64,000 nt of DNA, taken from contig CAUYUJ010000203.1 in NCBI GenBank assembly GCA_963575745.1, positions 558,001 to 622,000 on the forward strand, given 5' to 3'. A model generated the notes under the pieces. It was not told where the DNA came from and did not search any database. It saw only the letters and a program-made list of their open reading frames with translations. Source of the stretch: Prorocentrum cordatum (Eukaryota). A program made the translations under genes and the position numbers. Of this stretch, positions 1 through 14,381 are shown piece by piece. Position 1 is the first letter of the stretch; each line of letters starts with the position of its first letter.

Positions 1-39
1 AGGCCAGCAAGAAGCAGCCGGAGGGGTCAGACGCCCCCG

Positions 40-789
40 CCCGTGGCAATGCCGAGGGCCAGGAATGGGATGCTCATCTGTGGCAGGGGACAGAGAAAAA
101 GTACAGAACGGGACAATGAAGACACAAGAGGGGACAGAGAACAGCTAGAGGAAGGCATGGCGGAGGAAGCGGGGGGATGATTTTGGACGGAGGAAGCGGG
201 GGATTGAATGTGAAGATGGAGGTAGGGGAACCACCACCACCACCACCGCAACCCACAACCACCACCACCACAAACCACCAACACACCACCACCAAACCAC
301 CACCACCACCACCACCACCACCACCACCACCACCACCACCACCACCACCACCCATCACCACAACCACCACCACCACCACCACAACAAACCACCTCACCAC
401 CACCACCACCACAACCACCACCACGGCCACCACCACCACCACAACCCACAAGCACCACCACCACCGTCGTCCGCGTCGACGCTCCCCGCCGCTGCCGCCC
501 GCCGCCGCAGGCGCCGGCGCCGGCCCAGAAAAGGAAATCGCCGTCCCCGCCGCCGCCGCCGCCCGCCGCCGCAGGCGCTGGCCCGAGGAGAGGGAGAGAA
601 GAAAAGTAAGTAGGGGAAGAGGGGGGGGGTCGAACCCCCCCCCTCCGTCGCGGGAAGGGAGGGGGGGGGGTTCTAAACCCGCCCCTCTCCATCCAGGGGG
701 GGGTGGGTCCGGTTCCAACCCCCCCCCCTCCAAGCGACCACAGAACGCGCACCTTCCTACACTTTGACAATACATTTGACGTTCTTCCC
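40..789 (-). CDS. Candidate downstream micro-exons of the PqiA-like gene (about 789-739, 577-525, 77-40)
   Basis: The peptides (QSV)GRCAFC, DFLFW and MSIPFLALGIAT sit where a degenerate GKWS..D.F motif would be expected. There is a strong pyrimidine tract plus cag|ATG at 77. Confidence 0.25.
230..465 (+). repeat. (CCA)n microsatellite
   Basis: Seen directly. Confidence 0.95.
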
Positions 790-883
790 TGTCGCACCCC
801 GAGGCTGGTCGAAAGGGCGGGCCGGGCGTTTCGCACGGGATTTCCTCACCATGAATGACCCTGGTGCCCAACAGTTGTCGACA

Positions 884-1432
884 GCTTCACAGATGGAGGG
901 CGGGTGGTTTTCAACATGTGGCTCTCGCCCTAGCGCTGTGCACATTCGCTTGAAGCATTTGCAAGAGCTTCACGGACTGAGGCTGGGCCGTTTTTAAATG
1001 TGGCTCTCGCCGTAGCGCCGCGCACATGTTTTTTTTGCTACCATGTGCAAGACTTTCACGGATTGAGGGCAGGTGGTTTTCAAAATGATTCGTTTAAAAC
1101 ATTTGAAAGAGCTTCACGGGTTGAGGGCGGGTGGTTTTCAACATGTGGCTCTCGCCTGAACGCCGCGCACAGCTGTTATAGAACACTGCAATAATTTCAC
1201 GGACTCAGGGCGGGTGGTCTTCAACGCTCTCGCCCTAGCGCTGTGCACATTCCTTTGAACAATTTGCAAGAGCTTCACGGACTGAGGGCGGGCCGTTTTC
1301 AAAATGTGGCTCTCTCCCTAGCGCCGCGCACACTCGTTCTAAGGCGGTTTGAGGGCGGTTCCTTTCAACAATGTGGCTCTCGCCTTAGCGCCGCGCGCAT
1401 TCGTTTTAAGCATTTGCAAGAGTTTCATTGGT
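884..1432 (+). repeat. Tandem minisatellite, about 7 degenerate units of about 83 bp
   Basis: The unit AGCTTCACGGACTGAGGGCGGGTGGTTTTCAACATGTGGCTCTCGCCCTAGCGCCGCGCACA..TTTGCAAG recurs. A solo unit lies at about 59540-59610. Confidence 0.9.
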
Positions 1433-1889
1433 TGTGATGGTTCACGTATCAGAAATGGTGTGGTGGAACGATGGAGGATTGTCAGGGCGCAACAGTTACG
1501 TTGATTCGCGGTGTTGAAATCCCATGAATGGTGTGCTGGCACGATGCGGGATCACCAAGACGTAAAAGTCAGGTTAACTCGTGGCGCTGAAGTCCAGAGA
1601 ATGGTGTTTTGGCACGCTGCAAGATGCTCACACGCTTGCCCCCCGACGGGGCAATTCCCTCAGTAGGGGCCCATGAAGAAGGATCTTGGAGAGAGGGTGT
1701 ATTTCAACATCGTTGATGAGTCGGGTTTCCACTGCTCCTCCTCCTCCTCCTCCTCCTCCTCCTCCTCCTCCTTCCCTCCTTCTCCTGCCCCTGTCCTCCC
1801 CCCTGGGGCCTCGGCGGAGAGGGCCGGGGAACCCCCGAGGGGCGGAGGCTGGCGGCGCGATGGGCGGGAAACCGGGAAAGCGCCCGGGC

Positions 1890-2769
1890 CTCGGGCTCCA
1901 GCTGCGGGGGCGGCACCAGCCACGCGAGCATCAGGAAGGCGATCTTCACAAAGGGCCTGCTGCTACCCCTTGCTGCTGCCCCTTGCTGCTGCCCCTGGCT
2001 GCAGCCCGTCTTGCTGCCGGGCCGGCTCCTCCCTGCTGCTGCCCCCTGCGTCCCGCCTGCTCTCTCCCGCTGCCGTCTCTCCTGGTGTTCCCCCTCCTCC
2101 GCCGTTCTCCTCCTGCTTTCTGCTGGTCCTTCTGCTTCCCGCTCCTCCTCCTCCTCCTCCTCCTCCTCCTCCTCCTCCTCGCGGAGGGCCCCAGGATGCT
2201 CAGCAGCACGATGCACAGCGCGATAGCGTATGCGCCTCGCGGGCCAGGGCCGCCCAGCGCGCGAAGGGGGCGGCAGGGAGGAAGAAGAGGCAGAAGCGGG
2301 AGGGAGGAAGAGGAGGAGGAGGAGGAGGAGGAGGAGGTGGAGCAGGTCGGTCGGTCGGTCGGATTCGGCATTGCAGCAGTCTGCGCGCCGTCTTGCTGCA
2401 AGCGCTCGTCCCGAGAGCTCAGTTCCACCGCCACCCTCCCCAGAGAAGGGAGGCCCAAGCCTGAGCCCAAGGCGGCCCAACGCACGGAGCCGAGAGGGCG
2501 GCGGAGGACGGAAGGAGGAGGCGGAGGTTCAGACCGAGGCGTGCGCGCCGATCCTTGGGACGGGCCGCGTGAGCGGGCGCGCTGGCTGCAGCCCCGCGCG
2601 CTGGCACTGTAGAGACAAGGCCCTCTCGAGCGGCGCTGGCCTGCGTCGGCCGTGCGCTCCCTCTGCGAGCCGCCGACTGCGGGCAAGCGGCTGGGGGGTC
2701 AGAGAGGCACCGAGGCGGCTCTCCAGGACGAGCAGCGGCATCGGTGCCTTTTCCTCCTCTGAGTGAGCC
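1890..2769 (-). CDS. Micro-exon cluster of a PqiA-like multi-pass membrane protein (exons about 2769-2711, 2624-2606, 2410-2389, 2235-2190, 1956-1890)
   Basis: The joined peptide is ..LVLESRL(E)GLVST(x)ERLQQDGAYAIALCIVLLSILGPFVKIAFLMLAWLVPPPQLEPE, in register with the PqiA core (L..xG...ALxIxLxSxxxPxxK). The last two introns are phase-compatible GC-AG introns with junction repeats. Confidence 0.55.
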
Positions 2770-4672
2770 CTTGGAAACGTAGGCACGGCTGGCAACGAAA
2801 ACAGTGAGGGGATGACACGACACAGTCTCCACAATCTACGAGAGGGGCCGTCACCGACAACTGGTTGGATATCGCTGAAAATCAACACTAATGGAACACT
2901 TGGGAAAAATCCTCGACCACATGCATTTATGAAGGGGCGCCGGCCCACCTGCTCCGCCGTCCGCCTGCAATAAAAGCGTGGCTGCTGTTGATTGCGTCGG
3001 GCTCTGGGGCATAGAGTGCCTGGTGTTGGAATGTGCGATGCAGTGGACAGTCAGTCAGCAAGTTGTCGATCTAGGGCGCATGGCTGCTCAGATCCCCGAC
3101 AGGCGCATCGCGCTCAGACTGTCGATTGGGGCGCGTGCCCAGCTTGTCAATCTGAACCGCGCGGCGCTGGGACTGCCGACGAGAGCGCCTGGGTGCTGAG
3201 ATTGCCGATCGGGTTGTGGATGCCACGACAGTGGGCACCCTGACAGTCCTATCCTTGAGTTTTAACTGTGTTTAAACTGTCGGAAACATGTCCTAAACAT
3301 GCTTTAAACATGTTTCTTACATGTCTAAAACTTGTATCACGCATGTTTTTAGACATCTGGAAACGATTTGGCAGCACGCTTCCTCTCCATTGATCGTCCT
3401 CCACAACGATCGGGGCTCCCCCGTGGCCCGCTGGCCGGCGAATTCCCGCGTCCTGCGCCCTGCAGAATGCGGGCCAGCCCGCGGCAGGCCCTCGCTCGAG
3501 GGCCAGCGTGCGTGCCTCGCGCGCCCGCCCGCCGTGACGGCGCCGCCCCCTCGGGGCGGCGGCAGCCGTGACTGCCTGCGACTGCGTCCTGCAGCGAGGC
3601 GGCGCGCGGCCTCCCGGGCTGCGAGGCGGGGATTCATCCATATCCACCGCCTGGGAACCGACGTCCTGGTGCCCCAGCGGGCGGCGGATATGGACATGCT
3701 TCGGCCCCCCGAAGATGCCCATGTCCACCGCCTGCCGAGGCTCCGAAAACTGACCCTCCAGGCGGTGGTCACGTGCAAATTCCCGCCTCGGATGGGCCCA
3801 CCGCAGGCAAGCTGCGGCGCAGTGACGCGAGCGCCAGCGACAGCGGGCACCGCACCGCCCGCCCGTGGCGCGCCTCTTGGCGCCCCCGGCCGCTCGGAGG
3901 CCGAGGGGCCAGGTCGGGCTGCAGGTCTGCGGCGGCGCGGCGCCTGCGCAGAGGGGTCGCGTAAGGGCATCTGCGGGCGGTCTGTTCAGTCGGTACAGCA
4001 CTTCCCCATGCCCGCTTCCTCCTCTGTCCTCTCTCTCTCTCTCTCTCTCTGTGTTTTGTTGTTTGCTTCTCTCTCTCTCTCTCGACAATGCGCGCGAACC
4101 AGGAGGAAAGGGAGGGAGGGAGGAGAGGAGATGCCATCAATGCGCAGGAGGAAGAGGAGGAGAAAGGTAAGGAAAGAGAGGGCAGGGGTCGGGTTGCAGG
4201 ACCGTGGCGGCAAGGCGGCGCCCGAGCAGAGGGGACGCGAACCTAACGAGAGGCGTGCCGGACGGAGGGAGGCGTACGCCGTGCGATCACGCCCGCTGAC
4301 ACCGCAAGTGGGGCTCCCCATGGAGCCAAGGAGCGATCGTGCCAACAGAAACCGCACGTGGAGTTCCACACAGTGCGAGCGCGGCCGCGAGAAACCCTCG
4401 CAAGAAACCCAACACTCATAACCCGCGCGCGATGTACATCTATGGGGAAACCCGGAACACCCTGAACGCAACAATTTCTTCAACGGCTGCGGGAAAGCAC
4501 GGCTTCATAATGCGCGCTCCCACTGTATGGGGCCTCGGAGCGTGTGAGTGGATTGCCGAATTGGACTCGTGGTGAGCAGAAGACGGAGGCAGGGGAGGAG
4601 GCGGGAGTGAGGACGCAGGGGTGCTGAGGATTGAAAAAACACGAAGATCGAATTCAACAGGAGAAGGTTTGG

Positions 4673-5345
4673 AAATCCGCCGACCTTGTCGGCGTGTATG
4701 AGGGGCTTCTCCGTTCGACTCGTCGTCTCCGTCGTCTCCGTTCTCCCCCTCCCAGGGCTCTCCTCCTCAAGCGCGCTATCCAAAGCGAAATTAAACGACG
4801 TGGTCGTGGAGTCGAAGGGAAGCCCCTTCCCTTTGATCCCTTCCCCGCAGGGGGAGGGGGGGGAGGGGGGGGGGGCGGGGCAGATACGACGCCCGCCAGG
4901 GCGCACTTTCCTCGAGCGGGCACGCACGGGATGCACTTCCTCCTCCTCCTGGTCCTCCTCCTCCTCCTCCTTCCTCCTCCTCCTCCTCCTCCTCCTGCTC
5001 CTCTCCTCCTCCTCCTCCTCCTCCTCCTCCTCCTCCTCCTCCCGCAGAGGCGTCCCGGGAGCGGGCCCCGAGTCAAAATACCACCCCCCCTAGGGCGCAT
5101 TTTCCTCGAGCGGGCACGCCCGAGATGCACTTCTTCCTCTTCCGGGAGCACGTCCCAAGTCAGAATATCACACTCCCGGGGCGCACTTTCTTCGAGCGGG
5201 CACACAAAGGATGCACTTCCTCCTCCTCCTCCTCCTCCTCTTCCTCCTCCCTCCTCCTCCCTCCTCTCCCTCCTCCTTCTCCTCCTCCTCCTCCTGCTCC
5301 TCCTCCTTTCCCTCCTCCTCCTCCTCCTCCTCTTCCTCCTCCTCC
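4673..5345 (-). repeat. Hairpin-ended dispersed repeat with (CCT)n expansions; second copy at about 40534-40835
   Basis: Both copies share AAATCCGCCGACCYTGTCGGCGTGT..GAGGGGCTT...CCAAAGCGAA..AAGGGAAGCCCC. Confidence 0.8.
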
Positions 5346-5589
5346 TCATCTTCCGTTTCCTCCCCCCACTCCAAGCCCTTTCGATCAGGGTCGGCGGCAC
5401 CGGCCGTCAGGCCTCTCCAATACATAAAATTCGCCAGCGCGGGCCCCCACACAGTATAAGTAGCAATCGATGTAGTGCAAACAACGTACTGCAATCTATG
5501 TTTTACCACAAACGTGTTTCACTTAGGTTGTGTAATATATGCGTAACGCATTTACGAAGCGCAATCTATGTGGTGCAATTGATTTTTAC

Positions 5590-5925
5590 CCCTGATGTGA
5601 CACATCCCACGATCTTGCAAACATCCCACCCACCCACCCGCAATTTGGTTTGCAAAACCTCTTAAGACCGACTACGACGACACCGACGACAACGACTACG
5701 ACGACACCGACGACGTCTCCGACGACTTCGACGACGACAACGACGCCGACGCCGACGACGACGACGACGCCAACGAAGACGACGACGAGGGAGGAGGAAG
5801 GACGACGACGGCGACAACGACGACACGACGACAACGAGGGAGGAGGGAGGACGGCGACGACGCGAACGACGAAGAAGGAGGAAGGACGGCGACGCCGACG
5901 ACGACAACGACGAGGGAGGAGGGAA

Positions 5926-5969
<44 letters not shown>

Positions 5970-8830
5970 AATAGGAAGGACGACGACGAGACGCCGACGA
6001 CGGACGACGACGACGACGAGGGAGGAGGAGGAAGGACGACCACGGCGACAACGACGACGGAAACGACCACGACGCCAAAGAGGACGACGACGACGAACAC
6101 GAGGAAAGACAGAGGACGACGTGGGCGACGACGACGACGACGCGGGAGGAGGAGGGAGGACGGCGACGACGACGACGACGACGCAAGAGCGCGCGCGCAC
6201 GCTTTTGTTGAAAATCCGTGTTGCGAAACCTTGTGTGTTTGTATGTTTTTTCGACACACGATTTTGAAATCCTTCCGAAACCGATGGGTTTCGAAGGTTT
6301 TCGACAGACGCGCGCGACGACGCGCGCGTCCGCACGCCGTCCCATTTTTGCATAGGATTCTCGCGAAAAACACAAAGAAACGATGGCTTTCTTAAGATTT
6401 CGCAAGAGCACGCGCGGAAGTTGTTTTAGCACATCCGTGTTGCGAAACCATGTGTTTTTGTATGTTTTTTTGGAAACTCGATTGCGAAAAACCTTCGACA
6501 CCTAAGGTTTTTGAAGGATTTCGGCATGCGCGCGCGACGACGCGCGCGCGCACTTCGTCCCATTTGTTGCAAGGGATTCGCGAAAATGGGTTATGTTAGA
6601 ACAACAAATGTCACCGCATGGTGTGTCTGAGTTTTTTTTTTCCCAAAGGAACCTCAGAAGGGGGGAACCCGGCCCCCCTGGGATAGTGTAAATTCATGGT
6701 TAAGATGGACATGTGGTCAAAATCATATATGATCTACATACCCGAGAGGGGGGGGCGATAACGCGGGGGGGGGAGTCTATTCTCTTTGTGGAAAAGAGAA
6801 TTGATTTGTACCGATGATGTGACACATCCCATGCTCTTGCAAACATCCCACCCACCCACCCGCAAATGGGTTTGCAAAACCCACGCTGTGGCGATTGTGA
6901 TGCATGTTTGGTTGGCGTTGGCTGGTGCATCTCCGCGGCCGCGCCAACCCTAGCACGCGCGCGCACAGCGGCCAGCTACTTTGGCGCCACCGACGCGGCC
7001 GCGGTGGCGCCGACCGCTGAGCGCATCCCAACGGGCACTTCCCTGCGAGTCGGCGACTCGGGTGGGCGAGGTATCATGGCAACGCTGGCTACGGTAGACG
7101 CGATGATGATGGTGGCGATGCTGGTGGCGATGTTCGCACCGACGAAGGCGCGGCCAGTGCGGGCGCCGATGCTGGTCACGCCGACGACGATGATGGCGCC
7201 CTCGCGTCGGTGATGAAGGGTTTGGAAAGAGTTCGGCATGCGCGAACGGCCGACGCGCGACAGTGGCCCGCATGGTTTGATTGGACACGGATCGTGCCCC
7301 CCCAACGCGCGCGCAAGGGCGTGCGAATGATGTCGGCATGCGGCGCCGGAAGCCCGCTTGGCAGAATCCCATGGCAATGTTCAACAACCTGAGGTTTCTC
7401 AAGAACTCGCACGGGCGCGCGCACAAGCTTTCTTTGAAAACTGATGTTATGAAAATGTGTGTTTTGAACATGTGTTTGACCGGCCACGAGACCGCAAGTT
7501 GTCGAAGGATTCTGGCACGCACGGGCGACAACGCGCGCGTGCATATATACAAACTTTCTGCGACGGCGCACGCGCAAAGGCGTTCGACCGATTTCGACCT
7601 GCGCGCGCGAAACCTGTTTGGTAGCACGTCCTGGAAAATGTTGGAATGGCTCTGGTTTTCTTAAGGATTCGCTCGAGCGCGCGCGCACGGTTTCTTTTTT
7701 TGTTTGAAAATCCGCGTTGCGAAACCATGTGTTGTTATATGTTGATGGACACTCGAGGTTGGAATCTTTCCGACATCACATGTTATCGAAGGATTGTGGC
7801 ACGCGCGAGCGACGACGCGCGCGCGCGTGCACGTCGCCCCGTTTTGTCTCCAGATTTTTTATAAAAACAGGAAAAAAAAGATCGCGCGCGTCGTATCTGT
7901 CTGCTAAGAGGGCGGCGGGGGGGTCGATACTGGCTGGGCTGGGATGGTATGGCTTCATATTTGGGATGGACGAATGGGGCGAATCATATGTAAATTGCAA
8001 AACGATAAAGTGGATCGACAGAGCCGGGGGTTTGGTGGTGAATCCGAATTCTTGCTTAGAAAAGAGAATCTACGTGGTGCAATCCACTCTGCTGAACTTG
8101 AAGTTGTCATCTCGCCTGCTCGCGCAACGTCCAACCCTCCCACCCGCAACTTGTTTGGCAAAATTCACGATGCGCGGGGCGGTGGCGCCACCGATGGCGA
8201 CGGCGATGATCAAGCCCTCACTGCCGATGCTCGTCGCCGTGAGTCGATGATAAAGGTGAGCACATCGACGGTGCTCAGGACGTTCGCGATGACAAGATGA
8301 CGTCGGCAACGTCTGCGGCAATCGCGAAGATGGCGGGAGCGATGACGATGTTCAAGGGGGCGACGGCACGAATGATAACGGCGCCAATGATGGCAAACAC
8401 GTTGACGATGCTGATGCCCATCTGTCGATGAAGCAGGTGATCGCGGTGATTGATGCTGACAAGGTTGAGAAGGAAATCCGCGCGCGCGGAAGTCCAACAC
8501 ATCCGTCCAACTGATCATGCGCGCGCGGCGGTGCGCTCATGTGGCCCGCGTGGTTTTTTGCAAGGCATTCGCGCCTTCGGCACATGACAGGAGTGTCGTG
8601 GGTGCACCGCGCGGTGACACGAAATCGCTGGATTTGGCAAAATGCAAAAGCATCCGATTAAAATGATTTCAGCATGAGCGCGCGGACAGCCAATTTGCAA
8701 ATTTGTTGTTGCAAAGCCCTTGGTTGTTGCATGTATGTTGGAATTCTTGCAAACACACTGTGGGTCGTATGATTTTGACACGGACGCGCGCGTTAAGACT
8801 TTGTGGAAGTTGCTGTAGGAGAATATTGAC
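5590..8830 (+). repeat. Cluster of about 3 diverged copies of one repeat family; inverted copies at about 61250-61700 and 62787-63330
   Basis: The head CTTGCAAACATCCCACCCACCCACCCGCAA occurs at about 5613 and 6836, diverged at about 8125. Region 6830-7370 matches the reverse complement of 62787-63325. Confidence 0.8.
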
Positions 8831-8834
8831 TCAT

Positions 8835-8857
8835 GCTGCTACTACATCTACTACTAT

Positions 8858-8892
<35 letters not shown>

Positions 8893-9214
8893 TTACTACT
8901 ACTACTACTACTACTACTACTATTACTACTACTACTACTACTACTACTACTCCTGTTGCTACAAATACTTTTACTTTTACGACTACGAAACGAAAACGAC
9001 TACGATTACGACTACTACGCATACTGCCACGCCTAATACAACTGCTACTTCTACTATTATTATTACTACTACTACTACTGCGACGACTACTACTACTACT
9101 ACTACTGCTACTACTACTGCGAATAATACTAGGACTTCTACGACGACTACTACTACTATTACCACTACGCTGGCTACTACTAGTACTACCACTACTACTA
9201 CTACTACGACTACG

Positions 9215-9246
<32 letters not shown>

Positions 9247-9271
9247 GACTACTACTACGACTACTACTACG

Positions 9272-9305
<34 letters not shown>

Positions 9306-9673
9306 TGGGTGCTACTACTACTACTAACCAGTAACTACTAATTACTACTAGTCGTACTACGACCACTACTACTAGTACTACTACCACTACTGCTACTACT
9401 ACTACTACTACTACTACTAGTACTAGCACTAGTACGACGACGACTACTACTACTACGACTACTACTACGACTACTACTATTAACCAGTAACTAATAACTG
9501 CGAACTCCTACTAGTCGTACTACTACTACTACTACTACTAGTACTACTACTACGCCTACTAGTACTACTACTCCTAGCACCACAAATACTACTACAACTA
9601 CAACTGCTACTACTACTACTGCTACTACTACCACGACTATACTACTAGTACGCCTACTACTACCACTACTACA

Positions 9674-9707
<34 letters not shown>

Positions 9708-9715
9708 GTACTACG

Positions 9716-9748
<33 letters not shown>

Positions 9749-10059
9749 GCTGCTAGTATTACTACTACTCCTACCACCACCACTACTACTACTACCTACC
9801 TACCTACCTACCTACCTACCTGCCTACCTACCTACCTACGTACCCACACTATACCTACCGACCTACCGACCTACCGACCTACCTACCTACCTGCCTACGT
9901 ACCGACCTACCGACCTACCTACCTACCCACATACTACTACCTACTAACCTTCTACGACTACTACTACCACCACCACCAACACCACCACCACCCCACCACC
10001 ACCACACCACCACACACCACACTACACACTACTACACTACTACTACTACTGCTACTACG

Positions 10060-10092
<33 letters not shown>

Positions 10093-10102
10093 GCTACTGG
10101 TA

Positions 10103-10136
<34 letters not shown>

Positions 10137-10141
10137 GATAG

Positions 10142-10173
<32 letters not shown>

Positions 10174-10320
10174 TTAATACCTACTTACTACTACTACTAC
10201 TACTACTACTACTGCTACTACTGCTAAAAATACTACTACTACGACTACTACCACTACTACTACTACTACTACTACTTACTACTACTACTTACTACTACTA
10301 CTACTACTACTACGACTACG

Positions 10321-10354
<34 letters not shown>

Positions 10355-10360
10355 CTACTC

Positions 10361-10392
<32 letters not shown>

Positions 10393-10585
10393 GATACTAC
10401 GACTACTACTACTACTACAATTACTCTTACTACTACTACCACAACTATTACCTACCAACTAACTAACTAACAAACAAACTAACTAACTACCTAGCTACCT
10501 AGCTAACTAACTAACCCACTAACTACCACTACCACTACTACTTCTTCTACTACTACTACTACTACGATTACTACTACTACTACTA

Positions 10586-10630
<45 letters not shown>

Positions 10631-10823
10631 GTACTACTATTACTACTACTACTACTACTACTTCTACTACTACTACCACAACTACTATTACTATTACTAC
10701 GACTACTACTACTACTCCTGCTACTACTACTACTATGACGACTACTACAACTACTACTACTACGACTACGACTAAAACTACTACTACTACTACTACGACG
10801 ACGACGACGACGACGACGACTAT

Positions 10824-10855
<32 letters not shown>

Positions 10856-10905
10856 TAACTACTACTACAACTACGACTACGACTACCACTACCAGTACCA
10901 CTATA
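8835..10905 (+). repeat. (ACT)n microsatellite of about 2 kb with (ACCT)n and (AACT)n sub-blocks
   Basis: Seen directly. Confidence 0.97.
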
Positions 10906-10914
10906 CTGTCGGTC

Positions 10915-11618
10915 TCACTAACGATCCCAATATAAATCTCACTCAACGGGCCACCATAGGACACCACGGGACACCTCGGGACACCACATCGATCTCACTA
11001 TCGATCTCACTATTGATCTCACTATCGATCTCACTCAACGGGACACCGCGGGACACCACGGGACACCTGTCGATCTCACCATCGATCTCACTTTTGGGGA
11101 CACCGCGGGACACCTCCGGGCACCACATCGATCTCAGTATCGATCTCACTATCGATCTTACTCAACGGGACACCACGGGACACCACGGGACACCTGTCGA
11201 TCTCACCATCGATCTCACTTTTTGGGATACCACGGGACACCTCGGGGCACCACATCGATCTCAGTACCGATCTCACTATCGATCTCACTCAACGGGACAC
11301 CACGGGACACCACAGGACACCAGCGGGACACCTGCGGGACACCGCGCGGTACCGGCCGCCGGAGGAGAAACATTTGGTCCCACAGGAGGATTTCGGGACA
11401 CCCGCGGGACACCGGCGGGACACCGCGCGGCACCGGCCGCCCGAGGAGTTAAATTCGGTCCGGCCGCAGCCGAGCAACAGGAGGATTTCCTCTCGCCCGC
11501 CCACGCAGCTTCGCCTCGCCCGCACGCACGCACGGCACGCACGACACGAACCCGAAACCGAAATCGATTTCCCGGTAGAGGGGGTCTCCGTTTCACGTCG
11601 GACTCACACCCCAATCTC

Positions 11619-11655
<37 letters not shown>

Positions 11656-12556
11656 TATATACAAGACTGCAGTGGCGCTTCGCGCCATGCACCTTGGTCC
11701 TTGAAGTTTGGTATGCAGGCGGACTAGCAGGAAGGTCAAGCCGACAATTTCGCGATAACTCCTTTTCTGGCATCGCCGCTATAATAATGTTACTCGTTAT
11801 CCTTCCTCCATGCTTCTTTTTCCTCATTTTCGCCATGCCCTGCGCATTCTCCCCATCCTCCTCAGCTCTTTTTACGGAGGTTTCTCCTTGGAGAGCCTCT
11901 GGGGGCCTCACAAAAGTTGTTTCCAGCTTTCTTAAGGCCTTCTGGAGGCCTCCTGGGCGTGTTCTGGGGGCCTCTGGGGGCTTCTTCTTCGGCCCACCCT
12001 GCCTCCAACCGCGGTCTCCCTGAACGACCGGGTCACGATTTGGAATGCTTCGGAGGGTGTCTTGGGGCCATCTTGGGCCGCCATGGGGCTCTCTGAGGCT
12101 GTTGTGCCGTTTGGAGGCTCTCTTGGACTGCCTGGAAGCCCTTTCGGATGGCTGTGGAGCGATTTTGGAGCCTCCCAGGCGGCTTCGGAAGCCCTGAAGA
12201 CCGCCGTCTTGGAGCGTCGGGAAGCCGAAAAGAGAACCCCAAAATAAACCGAAAACCAACAAAATCAATGATTTTTGCCTCTTGGGGCCTTCTTGGGAGT
12301 GATCTTGGAAACCTCTTGGGACGATTCGGGACGATCTTTGGGGGTATGACGGCTTCTTGGGGGTCGTCGTCGACCGTATTGGGGCTCTCTGGGGTCGTTT
12401 CGGGAGCGCGCCACGTCCTGCGAGGCCTGGGGCGCCGCTTCGAGGCCCGTCCGGAGGGTTCCGAAGCGCCAGATCCCGGGAGTCCGGTTTTTTTTTGGGG
12501 GGGGACGGGTTTTCCCCCCGCCCGGGCTTGAAAAAAAAATATAGAAAGAGGAATAT
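10915..12556 (+). repeat. Composite repeat, copy 1 (GATCTCAC array, CGGGACACC array, conserved core, (TA)n, 0.9-kb module)
   Basis: It is the reverse complement of 27781-30420 in the same module order. The AAGACTGCAGTGGCGCTTCGCGCCATGCACC.. block is near-identical. Confidence 0.9.
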
Positions 12557-12564
12557 CGATGATG

Positions 12565-13182
12565 CCATCTGTGTGGTGCAACGTGAGTTGTGCAATCGAT
12601 GGATTCCAATCGCCTTGGTGCACTAATTATGTACGCGCATACATCTAGACAGATAGGTAGATAGATAGATAGATGTGGTGCAGACTATGCTTTGCAATCT
12701 ACGTGATTCAATATCTGTGGTGCGATCTATGCTATGCCATCTACGTGGTGCAACGTGAGTGGTGCAAAATATGGGATGTAATCGATGCGGCATGAACATG
12801 TGGTGCCATCTGTTTCGTGCAATCGATGTTGCGCCACCTACGTGATGCAATGTGAGGGGTGCAATCGATGTGCTGCAATATGTGTTATGCAATCGATGCA
12901 ATGCAATATAGGTGGTACGATCTGTGTTGTGCAAACTACATGGTGAAATGTGAGTGGTCCAAGGTATGCGGTGCAGTCTATGCGGCGCAATCTATGCGAG
13001 GCGGCGACTGGGCGGCGACGGCGACAACATAGCCGCCAGACCGACGCACAGCCCCAGACGTCGGGCGGCGACGAGGTGGCAACGGGGCGGCGACGGCGGC
13101 AACATAGCCGCCATACCGACGCACAGGCCCAGCTCCTTAGAACAAAATACGAAACCCTCAGTGCAAGCACTGTTTGGAGAAT
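12565..13182 (+). repeat. Repeat with about 15-bp GTGGTGCAATCKAT minisatellite and terminal CAGTGC-AA-GCACTG hairpin; copies at 17600-18160 and inverted at 60970-61140
   Basis: Same module order in each copy, and an identical 14-nt palindrome at 13159-13172 and 18138-18151. Confidence 0.8.
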
Positions 13183-14381
13183 AGTAGACTTACATATGGG
13201 GCGGGGTCTCTGGGCAGGAGGCAACAGTGCAGCACCGTTGATGCATGTTGAGCTTGTTCTGGTCCTCCTCCTCACCATCATCAAATATCCATTCTCGTGC
13301 ATTCATTTGCCCCCCTCCCTCCATCGTCGTGGATCCTCCCGCCTTCCCTCATGCGCACTCTCCTCTCCGTCACCGGCATCCCTCCTCCGTCCTGCACTGC
13401 TACCTCGTCCAGCTTCCTGCCAATCGAAGATCCGGGAGAAAGGTTCTCAGCCACTCCTGCGCCATGCCATGTCCATCACACGATCGTCCACACCTCCACA
13501 TCCACCGCCAACACATCTCCTCAAATTGCCATCCTTCCACCAGCGGCCTTCTCCAACCTTCATCCTCCTCCCTCCTCAGCCCAGTTCCCTCCCTCTTCAT
13601 CCCTGCCTTCTGCTCCTCATCCCCATCGTCCTCGTCCTCGTCCTTCCCCTCATCATCGTGTTCCTCGAGCGTCTTCTCGATGTTCCTCCTCACCCTCCTG
13701 CCTTTGCGGCTGCTGCACCCTCTTGTTCTTCTCCTACCATGCATCCCGCTGTCATGCTCAGCTCCTCCTCGTCCTCGTCCTCGTCCTCCTCCTTGTCTTT
13801 CTCCTGCTCTTTCCTCCTTCTCCTCCTCCTCCTCCTCCTCCTCCTCCTCCTCCTCCTCCTCCTTCGCATCCTCATCCCTGCTTCTTCTCGCCCGTGCGCC
13901 CAGCCAGGGCGAAGAGTGCGTGCTGATGATACGACTCAAGAGAGAGAAGAGCACGCGGCAGCTTCCCCGCGCGGGAAACCAGCCAGACGCGAAGCAGTCG
14001 AAGGCAGCGCTCTCATCATTCCCAAGAGGGCTGCGCCACCGCCGAAGACCACAACGGGCAGAGGGTTCCCCGTCTCCAGCGGCTTTCGGGCCAGAACCTC
14101 GGGTCTCTGGCGGCTGTTCGGGGCGATTCGGGCACCCCTGGTCGCCTCTCGGCGAGGCGCAGCTGCTGGAGAGCATCCCGAGGCTGGGGAAGATCCCAGA
14201 GCCAACGAAAACGCCCGAACACCGCGAACATCGAGACTACTCCCCACCCTCGTTGCACCCTCGATGACAAGCAGTCTCGCTTTTGCAACCCGGCTGACTG
14301 CTAAGTGCTGTTGGGATTGGCAGGGCACCCTGGAACTGCCAGCGAGCCCCCGGGACGACAGGGCCCCAGGTGCCACATGAG

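Noticed and set aside
510..863. Plus-strand exon pair APAPAQKRKSP..GWSKGRAGRFARDFLTMNDP
   Set aside because: It is phase-compatible but low-complexity, has no recognisable domain or continuation, and overlaps the minus-strand candidates.
884..1432. CRISPR-like periodic repeat
   Set aside because: Whole units are homologous with no unique spacers, there are no cas genes, and the context is eukaryotic. It is a minisatellite.
11285..12595. 436-aa ORF and its conserved peptide AAMPEKELS..KVHGAKRHCSL (also 28450-28791)
   Set aside because: It lies in a dispersed repeat, runs through (TA)n, and frames differ between copies. No transposase motif was recognised.
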